Shown here: positions 46,395 through 54,314 of the stretch, one piece after another
How the letters are laid out: the number at the start of each line of letters is the position of its first letter
Numbering within the stretch: position 1 is the stretch's first letter
Source: Candidatus Undinarchaeales archaeon
GTDB lineage: Archaea > SpSt-1190 > JASMDC01
Reading direction: 5' to 3'
NCBI GenBank assembly: GCA_030753015.1
Contig: JASMDC010000009.1
Coordinates: 1 to 64,000, forward strand
DNA: 64,000 nucleotides
The notes under the pieces: generated by a model
Seen by the model: the letters and a program-made list of their open reading frames with translations, nothing else
Databases searched by the model: none
What the model was told of the DNA's origin: nothing
Position numbers and translations under genes: made by a program

Positions 46395-47216
46395 TTGGTC
46401 TATACCGATGCCGTACAGTACGTAAAACCCAGTGAGGTATACGGCTGGGAGCACGGTGATACCTACGACGCTCTTGTCGATGTCGCTAAAGAGGGCAAGT
46501 GGGAGGAGTACAACATCCCTCCCGCCGAGGTGGTGCACTTCCCCAACGGTGTCACTAAGGACCTGCCCAACGTACATTACGTCATCGTCAACGGCCATCA
46601 CCGCCATAACGCCGCCCACCAGGCCGGAGAGAAGTTCCCGGTGCTGCCCGTGGACGTGGGGAAGAAGGGGCGAGATGGCTATGCTGAGAGCGCCATGCGC
46701 TATCATGGTGGTGGAACGTACGATTCTAAGTTCAATCCATACAAATCCATGAAGGACAAGAGCCCGGAATGGAACGCGGACGGAGTTCCTACCAAGCACA
46801 TCCTAAAGGAGTCGACCACGATCAGCGACTACTGGGATGACATGTTCAAGGTGGAGGCCCTGCGCGATCCGGGGATCCTGGAGAGCTCAATCTACGATCT
46901 CCTGCACGACAAGGCATACAAGCTTGGGCGAAAGAAGGTGGACAAAATCGACCTCCAGATAGGTAGCTCAGTGTACGACCATGCCGCCAGCGGTAAGTCG
47001 ACATCCTTCGACTACGTGACGATCTCGTACTCGGGCGACAAGGAGCACCCCGACAACATCGATGATCTACTCGAGCATGGCCGAGTGAAGGTGGGCAGCC
47101 GCTCTTTCAAAGCGAAGGACGTGGCGAACAAGCCCATCTACGATCTTCTGCCAAAGAAGGCTAGACGCGAGACACCGCATGAGATAGAGCTGGGGATCAA
47201 CGTGGATCTCTATTGA
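46395..47216 (+). CDS. ParB/sulfiredoxin-like domain protein (paralog 1)
   Basis: IPPAEV..YVIVNGHHRHNAA..G..FPV. TTG 46395 is preferred over ATG 46371 because it aligns with the paralog's start and with promoter spacing. Confidence 0.7.
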   Translation: MVYTDAVQYVKPSEVYGWEHGDTYDALVDVAKEGKWEEYNIPPAEVVHFPNGVTKDLPNVHYVIVNGHHRHNAAHQAGEKFPVLPVDVGKKGRDGYAESAMRYHGGGTYDSKFNPYKSMKDKSPEWNADGVPTKHILKESTTISDYWDDMFKVEALRDPGILESSIYDLLHDKAYKLGRKKVDKIDLQIGSSVYDHAASGKSTSFDYVTISYSGDKEHPDNIDDLLEHGRVKVGSRSFKAKDVANKPIYDLLPKKARRETPHEIELGINVDLY

Positions 47217-47371
47217 GGCCAACTTCTTCATGAATAATCGTACTAGCGGATATGCCCTACTCTCGATACCTTGAGATGGGGAAATTAGTTAATCTCGGAA
47301 CACTCATACCTGATCACGTTCTATTGATGGTTCAATGGGCCTTCGTATGCTGATTACAGGGATGAATAACC

Positions 47372-47395
47372 ATGGTTTCAGTGAGGTGAAACCAT
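47372..47395. repeat. Perfect 9-bp inverted repeat
   Basis: ATGGTTTCA-GTGAGG-TGAAACCAT in an AT-richer intergenic region. Confidence 0.6.
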
Positions 47396-47418
47396 CCGGA
47401 ACAGTGGATGTGCTACTC

Positions 47419-47450
47419 GTTACCACTCAACAGAGGTAACATTTATATAT
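47419..47450 (+). promoter_or_regulatory. Palindromic operator GTTAC-N12-GTAAC followed by a TATA box (copy 2)
   Basis: GTTACCACTCAACAGAGGTAAC ATTTATATAT; ATG 47473 is 33 bp after the palindrome end, as TTG 46395 is for copy 1. Confidence 0.7.
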
Positions 47451-47472
47451 AGGACGAACTATCGTCGCTTGT

Positions 47473-47877
47473 ATGATCTACGCGGAAGCCATTGAACATG
47501 GTGATCCACTCCTCCTCGAGAATAACATCGCGGACCTCAAGGTCACCGCACAAGAGTCCTATTCCATCGGTGGTAGGACCTATGTGCAAGCGGGTGCCGA
47601 GTTCTCTTATGCGTCATTGCAGCGATTCTGCCACATGCAGGGTATTGACATACTGGACTTCGACGATATGCACGCCGTGGACAAGGCAGGCAATGACCTC
47701 TACACTGTCAAGGACCGTGTGTTCGACAAGAACTACGAACTGTGCTCACAGCCCCTTCACGTAAAGGACGGGCATGCCTACGGGACTGCCGTCACCAAGG
47801 ACATGATCGAGGCCAATCTCGACCAGGTAGGTGGATGGGAAAACGTAGAGCGTGTCGAGAACTATTTCATGTACTAG
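47473..47877 (+). CDS. Hypothetical acidic protein
   Basis: 134-aa ORF with its own promoter, 9 bp upstream of ParB-like paralog 2. Confidence 0.7.
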   Translation: MIYAEAIEHGDPLLLENNIADLKVTAQESYSIGGRTYVQAGAEFSYASLQRFCHMQGIDILDFDDMHAVDKAGNDLYTVKDRVFDKNYELCSQPLHVKDGHAYGTAVTKDMIEANLDQVGGWENVERVENYFMY

Positions 47878-47886
47878 GCTGTAACC

Positions 47887-48711
47887 ATGACCTACACCGA
47901 CGCTGTTGTATACGCGAATCCCCGGGAGGTACTGGGGTGGGAGCATGATAACACCTACGATGCCCTGGTCGACGTGGCCAAGGAGGAGCGATGGGAGGAG
48001 CTGAACATCCCCCCTGCCGAGGTCGTGTACTTCCCCAATGGCGTATCCGAGCGTCTCTCTGACGTGCACTATGTCATAGTCAACGGCCACCACCGCCATA
48101 ATGCTGCAAAGGAGGCGGGCAAGCCCTTCCCCGTGCTCCCTATCGATGTAGGGGAGGACGGGATGGAACGGTACGCATCCCTCGCCCGCGTTGGCGGTTA
48201 TGATCCTGAACGCAATACCTACACCCTCATGGACCCGAAGGTCCCTGATTGGAACGCCGACGGCATCCCCACAACCCACTACCTCAAGGAGACCACGGAA
48301 GTAAATACGCCCACGGACTGGACGCCATGGTTCAAGATCAAGGCCATGCGCGGGGCCCGGGTGCTGGATGGCACTGTGGACGAACTGCTGCGCGATCCCG
48401 CCTACACACTGGACACCCATCAGGTAGACGCCCTCAAGTTCCAGCTCGGGCGCACGACCTACGACCATGCCAAGAGCTCGGAGTCCACCGGCTATGACTA
48501 CTTCACCGTCGCCTACGCGGGTGATAAAGAGCACCCGGGCTCGTACGAGGAACTCCTGGCCGACGGAGAGATACGATTCAGCGGTTCCGACGAGGAGCGC
48601 ACCTACAAGCTCAGTGAGGTTCGCGACACGCCCGTGCGTGAGCTCCTGAAGGCCAGCCGGCACGATACGGTCCATGAGGTGACCCTGGCAATCGACGTGG
48701 ACACCTACTGA
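47887..48711 (+). CDS. ParB/sulfiredoxin-like domain protein (paralog 2)
   Basis: Full-length similarity to 46395-47216 (GWEH..TYDALVDVAKE, NGHHRHNAA, WNADG.PT.H.LKE, GDKEHP). Confidence 0.75.
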   Translation: MTYTDAVVYANPREVLGWEHDNTYDALVDVAKEERWEELNIPPAEVVYFPNGVSERLSDVHYVIVNGHHRHNAAKEAGKPFPVLPIDVGEDGMERYASLARVGGYDPERNTYTLMDPKVPDWNADGIPTTHYLKETTEVNTPTDWTPWFKIKAMRGARVLDGTVDELLRDPAYTLDTHQVDALKFQLGRTTYDHAKSSESTGYDYFTVAYAGDKEHPGSYEELLADGEIRFSGSDEERTYKLSEVRDTPVRELLKASRHDTVHEVTLAIDVDTY

Positions 48712-48759
48712 AGGCCCCAAAGACTAGATATAAAAACCGACTCTCGGGCGGGCCGCTCC

Positions 48760-49668
48760 ATGACAGAGATTGCGGTCGACGAGCTCTATTCACAGTTCAA
48801 CGCCGGCTACGAGAAGCTGGCTCACGAAATCGAGGTGAAGGGACATCCCGTTCCCGATCATACAGAGCGCCAGTTCCGGTTGTGCCTGTACAACGGGGAC
48901 GTCGCCATAGCAGCGACATTGGGCGCCGACGGCCCTCATCACATCGACATCATGACCCGTGCCGAGAACATGGCCCGGACGGGCATCCAGCGGCTCTTCC
49001 AGGTCTACGCCAATCACAACGCCTTCGAGAAGAGCGATTATGTCCGTGAGCCCTCCCTGGCGCTCTTCGCCAAGAACCGGGATGCTGGAGACGAACGGTT
49101 CTACATCGGGCAGGAATCCCCTCAGCTCAAGCACCACCTCGAGCAGGTCCACATGGCCTGGCAGGGCCATGAGGGGGACGTACCCTATGGCATGATCCCG
49201 AGCACGGCCGCGGCCTTCGATGCAGCGCTCAAGGCCGTCGATGTCGATCCTGCGCGCCTCGAGAACGAGGAGCGGGACGAGCGGTGGGGTGCTCGGTACA
49301 ACCTCCAGCGTGGGGATTTCATTCACATCAACAACTTCCTCGACGCACAGGAGAGCGTCGTTTCCACCGCTCCCGACCTGTACACGCAGCTTATGGGAGA
49401 GGACGTGCGTGGTACGTCATCCGTGAAGCTCGTCCAGAGCGACGGCCTGCGGGGAGTTCACATCGAGCTCTACCGGCCCCGGGATGACGAGGACCAGGTC
49501 GTCGGCCGCGAGGCCTTCGAACGGACCGTTGCTGAGCTGGAACGGCTCGACATAGACCTCTCGGGTGACTGGGAGGTCACTGTCAGCCCTGACCATTTCG
49601 CCTTCAACCAGGAGATCAACCGGTACTTCGAGGGTGCGGATATCCTCAAGGACAGGGGGGCGGCCTGA
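48760..49668 (+). CDS. Hypothetical acidic protein
   Basis: 302-aa ORF with TATAAAAA about 30 bp upstream; no recognised family. Confidence 0.75.
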   Translation: MTEIAVDELYSQFNAGYEKLAHEIEVKGHPVPDHTERQFRLCLYNGDVAIAATLGADGPHHIDIMTRAENMARTGIQRLFQVYANHNAFEKSDYVREPSLALFAKNRDAGDERFYIGQESPQLKHHLEQVHMAWQGHEGDVPYGMIPSTAAAFDAALKAVDVDPARLENEERDERWGARYNLQRGDFIHINNFLDAQESVVSTAPDLYTQLMGEDVRGTSSVKLVQSDGLRGVHIELYRPRDDEDQVVGREAFERTVAELERLDIDLSGDWEVTVSPDHFAFNQEINRYFEGADILKDRGAA

Positions 49669-49669
49669 G

Positions 49670-50173
49670 ATGGTGCTCGAACTCTCAATGTCGGATTATA
49701 CCGATCTCACGAACGAGAACGTCTACACTGCGATCGAGGCGTCCTACCGCCTGGCTGGAGACGAGCGTGTGATGGTGAAGCTCCCCTACGAGCTCAAGGA
49801 CGTCGAAGGCGAGCAGGATGTGCTCGATGCTGTGCACGAGCACTTCAGCGAGCGGTACGACACCTGGTCGACATTCCTCGAGGAGGAGACGAAGGGTGAG
49901 CGGTTCAAGCGCTACGTCACCCACGATATGTGGGTGAAAGAGGACGGTGACTACACAAAGGGCCTCAGCGCGGGCATGCTCGGGCTCATCACCGTAGCCA
50001 CCGCCGCGACCCTGCCCTTCAGTCTCGAACTGCTGCCCGCGACGTTGTTCGCCGGATTGTTCACCGGCACGGGCGTCTTCAGCTGTTACCAGGGCGCCGC
50101 TCAACGGGACCAGAACAAGATGGACTCTTATCATGAGCTTGCTGAGCTGAATATCGAATTCGTCTACGGTTAG
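49670..50173 (+). CDS. Hypothetical membrane protein (two TMs)
   Basis: ATG 1 bp after the previous stop; hydrophobic hairpin near the C-terminus. Confidence 0.7.
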   Translation: MVLELSMSDYTDLTNENVYTAIEASYRLAGDERVMVKLPYELKDVEGEQDVLDAVHEHFSERYDTWSTFLEEETKGERFKRYVTHDMWVKEDGDYTKGLSAGMLGLITVATAATLPFSLELLPATLFAGLFTGTGVFSCYQGAAQRDQNKMDSYHELAELNIEFVYG

Positions 50174-50176
50174 GTA

Positions 50177-51928
50177 CTAGTGCCCCCGGGGGAACCATAC
50201 GTCACCGATGACATGATGACCCAGGTATCGTCGGACGATGTTGTCAGGACCGAACCGACGGACGATGCAGCGTATGAGGTCGCGGGTCGTACGTGTGGCC
50301 CTGGCATGCTCCATTACCAGGAACGAGCATCGGTTACCGGGTGAGATCGAGACATCGCGGCCGAGCACCTTACCGCCGCTCACGGTGGCCATGTGTAGCG
50401 CTTCCCTGTCGGTGAGCCTGCAGCCCCTGGCAAGGAGCTCCATCTCGCGGAACAGGTTGGGAGAGGACACGAAGCTGTTGTCGGTCCCAAGCCCGACCTG
50501 GAGCCCGGCGTCGAGGAGGTCCCTCACGGGTGGGAGCCTATCGGTGAGGGTGAGGTTGGAGCGTGGGCACACGATGACGGACATCACTGCGTTGGCCGCG
50601 CACGTAGCGTGCTTCGGCAGCGCGTGCGTCATATGAACAGCGATGTCGACCCCGAGCTCAAGGGCATTATCCAGCTGCTCGGGTCGGGGGGCCTCGAGCA
50701 CGTGGGCGGCCACGGGTTTGTGAGCGCGGTGAGCGGCCGACACCATGTCTGCGTCCAAGCTGCTCGGGCTCGCGGCTCCCAGACCGTCCGCCTCCATGAC
50801 GACCGATGCGAGCTCCTCCGGATTGTCGGCACGCCCCAGAAGGATCATATCAAGCGGTGCATAGGCAATCGCTTCTCGGGCGAGACGGACACCTACCAGC
50901 CCGCCCTCGCGGAAGTCCGATGCGACACCGATACCCATCCGGACCATCTCCCATGTGGTCTGGCGCATGGCGCTTGCAAGCATCCCTGGCGGGGTTTGTG
51001 CGAGCAGGCGGTGCTTGAGCCCATTCGGCGGCGCCACGAGCTCCTGGAGCGGGACGCTCTGGCCGATGTCTAGGAAGGCGCTGTCCCCCAGATGGACGTG
51101 GGCGTTGACCATGGACGGGATGATGATGCGGTTCCGCCGGTCACCGGCCACGGGACCCTCCTCGATCGATTTGATGACACCATCGCGAACCACAACGGCA
51201 CCCTCCACGGGCTCAAGCTCGGGCCCTACGAGGGCGACACCCTCCTCGATAAGGTCCTGGGCAGGGACCTGTGCACAGAGGCCCTCGACCATGGATGAGA
51301 ACCATGCCTCACCCTTGGCAAAAGTGGCATGACGTGGATCCCCCATGACGCCTGTGTTGGACCGGGCGAGGTTCAGACCCCCGTGCGGGCGAGGGCCCGT
51401 GGTAAATGTGTCCCACTGGGGCGGTGCTGGTTCCACGACCACGGTGCTCGGGTCCGAGCCGAAAAGGAAGGCGGCCAGTGATCCCTCGAACTCACCGGCG
51501 TGGCAGCACCCGCCCGGCGAGGAGTCCCGCATCGAGTTCACCAGGTCGCGGTCCACTAGGTGCCATGTGTGGAGGACCGTCACCCCTTGAAGCCCCTCCA
51601 CTGCCTGTTTGTTCCCCCCGTGTCCGTTGATGACGAATATCTGGCCTTCCAGTGAGCCCACAAGGTCCTGAATATAGGTGTGAAGCGACTCCGCCGATAC
51701 TGAGACAGTCCCCGGCCTGGCACTATGCTCGTGGCTGTCGCCCACTCCCACCAATGGAAGGACCAGCGCTCCTGTGCGGTCGGCTACAGCCGCCACTAGG
51801 CGCTGGGCCACCATCGCGTCCGTGCCCAAGGGGAGATCGGGGCCATGGCCCTCCAGCGAACCCACAGGGACCAGGATAGGGCGGACCACGTATCCAGCGC
51901 GGGGTGATGCCTCCTCCGAGGCGTACAT
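50177..51928 (-). CDS. Fusion: creatininase/ArfB-like deformylase + archaeal chlorohydrolase-type amidohydrolase
   Basis: N-half: PVGSLEGHGPDLPLGTD, NGHGGN, HAGEFE. C-half: NAHVHLGDS, VAPPNGLKH, DFREGG, HVLE, VHMTH, CPRSN, GTDN. Confidence 0.88.
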   Translation of the reverse strand: MYASEEASPRAGYVVRPILVPVGSLEGHGPDLPLGTDAMVAQRLVAAVADRTGALVLPLVGVGDSHEHSARPGTVSVSAESLHTYIQDLVGSLEGQIFVINGHGGNKQAVEGLQGVTVLHTWHLVDRDLVNSMRDSSPGGCCHAGEFEGSLAAFLFGSDPSTVVVEPAPPQWDTFTTGPRPHGGLNLARSNTGVMGDPRHATFAKGEAWFSSMVEGLCAQVPAQDLIEEGVALVGPELEPVEGAVVVRDGVIKSIEEGPVAGDRRNRIIIPSMVNAHVHLGDSAFLDIGQSVPLQELVAPPNGLKHRLLAQTPPGMLASAMRQTTWEMVRMGIGVASDFREGGLVGVRLAREAIAYAPLDMILLGRADNPEELASVVMEADGLGAASPSSLDADMVSAAHRAHKPVAAHVLEAPRPEQLDNALELGVDIAVHMTHALPKHATCAANAVMSVIVCPRSNLTLTDRLPPVRDLLDAGLQVGLGTDNSFVSSPNLFREMELLARGCRLTDREALHMATVSGGKVLGRDVSISPGNRCSFLVMEHARATRTTRDLIRCIVRRFGPDNIVRRYLGHHVIGDVWFPRGH

Positions 51929-51956
51929 GACTAGTGTATACCCGTCTTTGTTCCAT

Positions 51957-52020
51957 TATAAAGCTTGCATGGCCGGGACCGCGTTCGACGGGGGCACATC
52001 TCTATATAAAGCTTGCATGG
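51957..52020. promoter_or_regulatory. 16-bp direct repeat containing TATA boxes of a divergent promoter
   Basis: TATAAAGCTTGCATGG at 51957-51972 and 52005-52020. Confidence 0.65.
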
Positions 52021-52039
52021 AAGGCCAACGCGGGGCTTT

Positions 52040-54310
52040 ATGGACTCAGTTAAGGCGCGGGCGATGGGGATATTCCTCTATTCTTTCGGCGCCCTTGTGT
52101 ACGAGATCGCTCTGATCATGCTCCTACCCCTCTTTACTGGATTCCTGTTCTTCGACCGGTCCGCCTCGCTCATGGCGGTGGCCTGCTTCTTCATCGGCTC
52201 CGGTATCGGGGCCGTCATGGCCGCGCGACTGGGCGACCGTTACCTCGATACTGCCGTCTATGCACAGATCTCCTGCGTGCTCCTCCTTCCACTCCTGGTC
52301 CCTTTCTTTATTTCGAGCGTCCCTGGTCCCTCCTGCCTCCTTTCAAGCGAATGCATTGGTTTGTGGGTAACGCACGTGAGCGGGGACGCGCGGATATCCA
52401 ACGCCATTTGGGGCGAGGCTCCTCCGAGCACATCGGGCCCGTTCACGAATGTTATATTTGGGATGGATTGGGTGCTGGTCCTGGTCGCGCTCCCCTTCAT
52501 CAGTGTCGGCTATGTGATATCCCGCGTATTGGGGAGAGCGTTGGGCGACGGGGAACTTACGAGCGTGTACGCCTGGGACCTGGCAGGTGCCTGTTTCGGG
52601 GCCGCCCTGTGCGGCTACCTGATGATCCCCAAGCTCGGGATGGAGCTCACCCTCCTGGTGAGCCTTGCTGCGACCCTGGCCGGCGCCGCTCTCCTGGGGA
52701 TCGTACGACCTCGCCCCCTACCCGCCCTGATATGCCTCCTGCTGACCGCTAACCTCATTAACATCGGCATCGAGCCAGGTATTGCTCGAGGATGCCTCGA
52801 TGAGGGGGACGAGCTCCTCTTCCGTGGCTGGTCCCCCCTCCAGCGGATATCCCTCATCCGTTCGCAGAACACGCACTGGTTCTGCTTCAATGGCGTCCGC
52901 TACAGCCTTGTGGCACGCGCGGGGCCCGATAATTCCACGCTCACCGAGCTCGGGCGGCTCGTCTTCAAGGATCTGCGTCCGCGCACCGTACTGGTGGTAG
53001 GTCCCGGCGGGGGGTACAAGGACGTATACCAGGCCACGCTCGCGCATGCAGCGGACCCTGACGTGGCCGCTGCAGTGACCGCGGTCGAGGTGGAGCCGCT
53101 CATGGTATCAACCCTCACGGGCGCGTTCTCCCATGTCAATGATGGACTCTATCTCTCCCCTGGTGTCACCGCGATCAATGATGACGGTCGTTCTTTCCTG
53201 GAACGACCGGGGGACACCTATGACCTTGTCCTGTTCTCCAAGGTCACGGACCTGGCCACGTTCCGTTCCTATGTGCTCTCCGAGAACCGCATGTTCTCTT
53301 TCGAAGGCATCCGCAGTACACTGGGCAGGCTCGCTCCTGACGGGTCCGTCGTGGTAGTTCTCACCTCTCGGCACGAAGCCCAGGCAAGGCGGCTCGTCGC
53401 CACGGGCAGGGAACTGACAAGCGAGCTTTTCCCCGGCGGGCGCTGGCAGGACCACGTCAGGCTCCTGCGGCTCCCGAGCGGGGACACACTAGGTGATGAC
53501 CTTATTATCGTCATATCCATGAGCCCCACCGCTCTGGGCGTCCTGGACGAAGTTGCAGTGCCCGAGACGGAGATGGTCGCATGGACCGCCGACACCCTGC
53601 CCCTGTCCATGGACCGGCCATTCGCCTACAACGATCCCGTGGACAACATCCCATCGGGGCTCCAGAAGCTTTCGGCCGGCGCAGTTGCTGTGATCCTGCT
53701 CTTCTTGGTAGCAGCGGGACATCTACTGGCCCCGCGGACTAGACGACGGGGCCGTGCGTTACGAGCGCTTTTGGTATTCCTCCTGATGGGATGCTGGTCC
53801 ATGACCTTCCAGGGCCTCTATCTCGCGAAAGCGGGAGAGGTCGTCGGTGTATCGCTGGCAGCAAAGACCACCGTCATCACTGCGTTCCTCCTCTTCGGAG
53901 GCATTGGGAGCCTGCTGGTATCTCGTACCCTCCCGTACCTGCACCTCCTTATCGCCCTTATGCCCATCGTGAACGTCCTTGTACAGTCCCTACTCCCGTA
54001 TGCAATCACTCCGCTCATGGGACTTCCGTCCCAACTGGCCACATTGGCACTGTTCATCCTTCCACTTGCCCTGGTCAACGGGATGGTGTTCCCCGGAGCT
54101 CTCCTGCTCGCGCGTCGGCTCGAGCCCGAGGTGGATGCTCCGTGGGGGTACGCTGCGGATGTCGCCGGTGCCGTCCTGGGTGTGTTCATGGCCGTCGTGC
54201 TGCCCATAACCTACGGCTACGGCGCCACCCTGCGCTGGTTCCCATTCGTGGCCCTGGTCCCCGCAGCGCTCCTCTACGGACTGGATGTCGGGAAAACAGG
54301 GAGAGAATAA
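52040..54310 (+). CDS. Membrane-fused spermidine synthase-like (class I SAM-dependent) protein
   Basis: N- and C-terminal TM bundles (YA.DLAGA, YAADVAGAVLG) around VLVVGPGGG, AVEVEP, DDGRSFL, YDLV. Confidence 0.82.
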   Translation: MDSVKARAMGIFLYSFGALVYEIALIMLLPLFTGFLFFDRSASLMAVACFFIGSGIGAVMAARLGDRYLDTAVYAQISCVLLLPLLVPFFISSVPGPSCLLSSECIGLWVTHVSGDARISNAIWGEAPPSTSGPFTNVIFGMDWVLVLVALPFISVGYVISRVLGRALGDGELTSVYAWDLAGACFGAALCGYLMIPKLGMELTLLVSLAATLAGAALLGIVRPRPLPALICLLLTANLINIGIEPGIARGCLDEGDELLFRGWSPLQRISLIRSQNTHWFCFNGVRYSLVARAGPDNSTLTELGRLVFKDLRPRTVLVVGPGGGYKDVYQATLAHAADPDVAAAVTAVEVEPLMVSTLTGAFSHVNDGLYLSPGVTAINDDGRSFLERPGDTYDLVLFSKVTDLATFRSYVLSENRMFSFEGIRSTLGRLAPDGSVVVVLTSRHEAQARRLVATGRELTSELFPGGRWQDHVRLLRLPSGDTLGDDLIIVISMSPTALGVLDEVAVPETEMVAWTADTLPLSMDRPFAYNDPVDNIPSGLQKLSAGAVAVILLFLVAAGHLLAPRTRRRGRALRALLVFLLMGCWSMTFQGLYLAKAGEVVGVSLAAKTTVITAFLLFGGIGSLLVSRTLPYLHLLIALMPIVNVLVQSLLPYAITPLMGLPSQLATLALFILPLALVNGMVFPGALLLARRLEPEVDAPWGYAADVAGAVLGVFMAVVLPITYGYGATLRWFPFVALVPAALLYGLDVGKTGRE

Positions 54311-54314
54311 TTAC

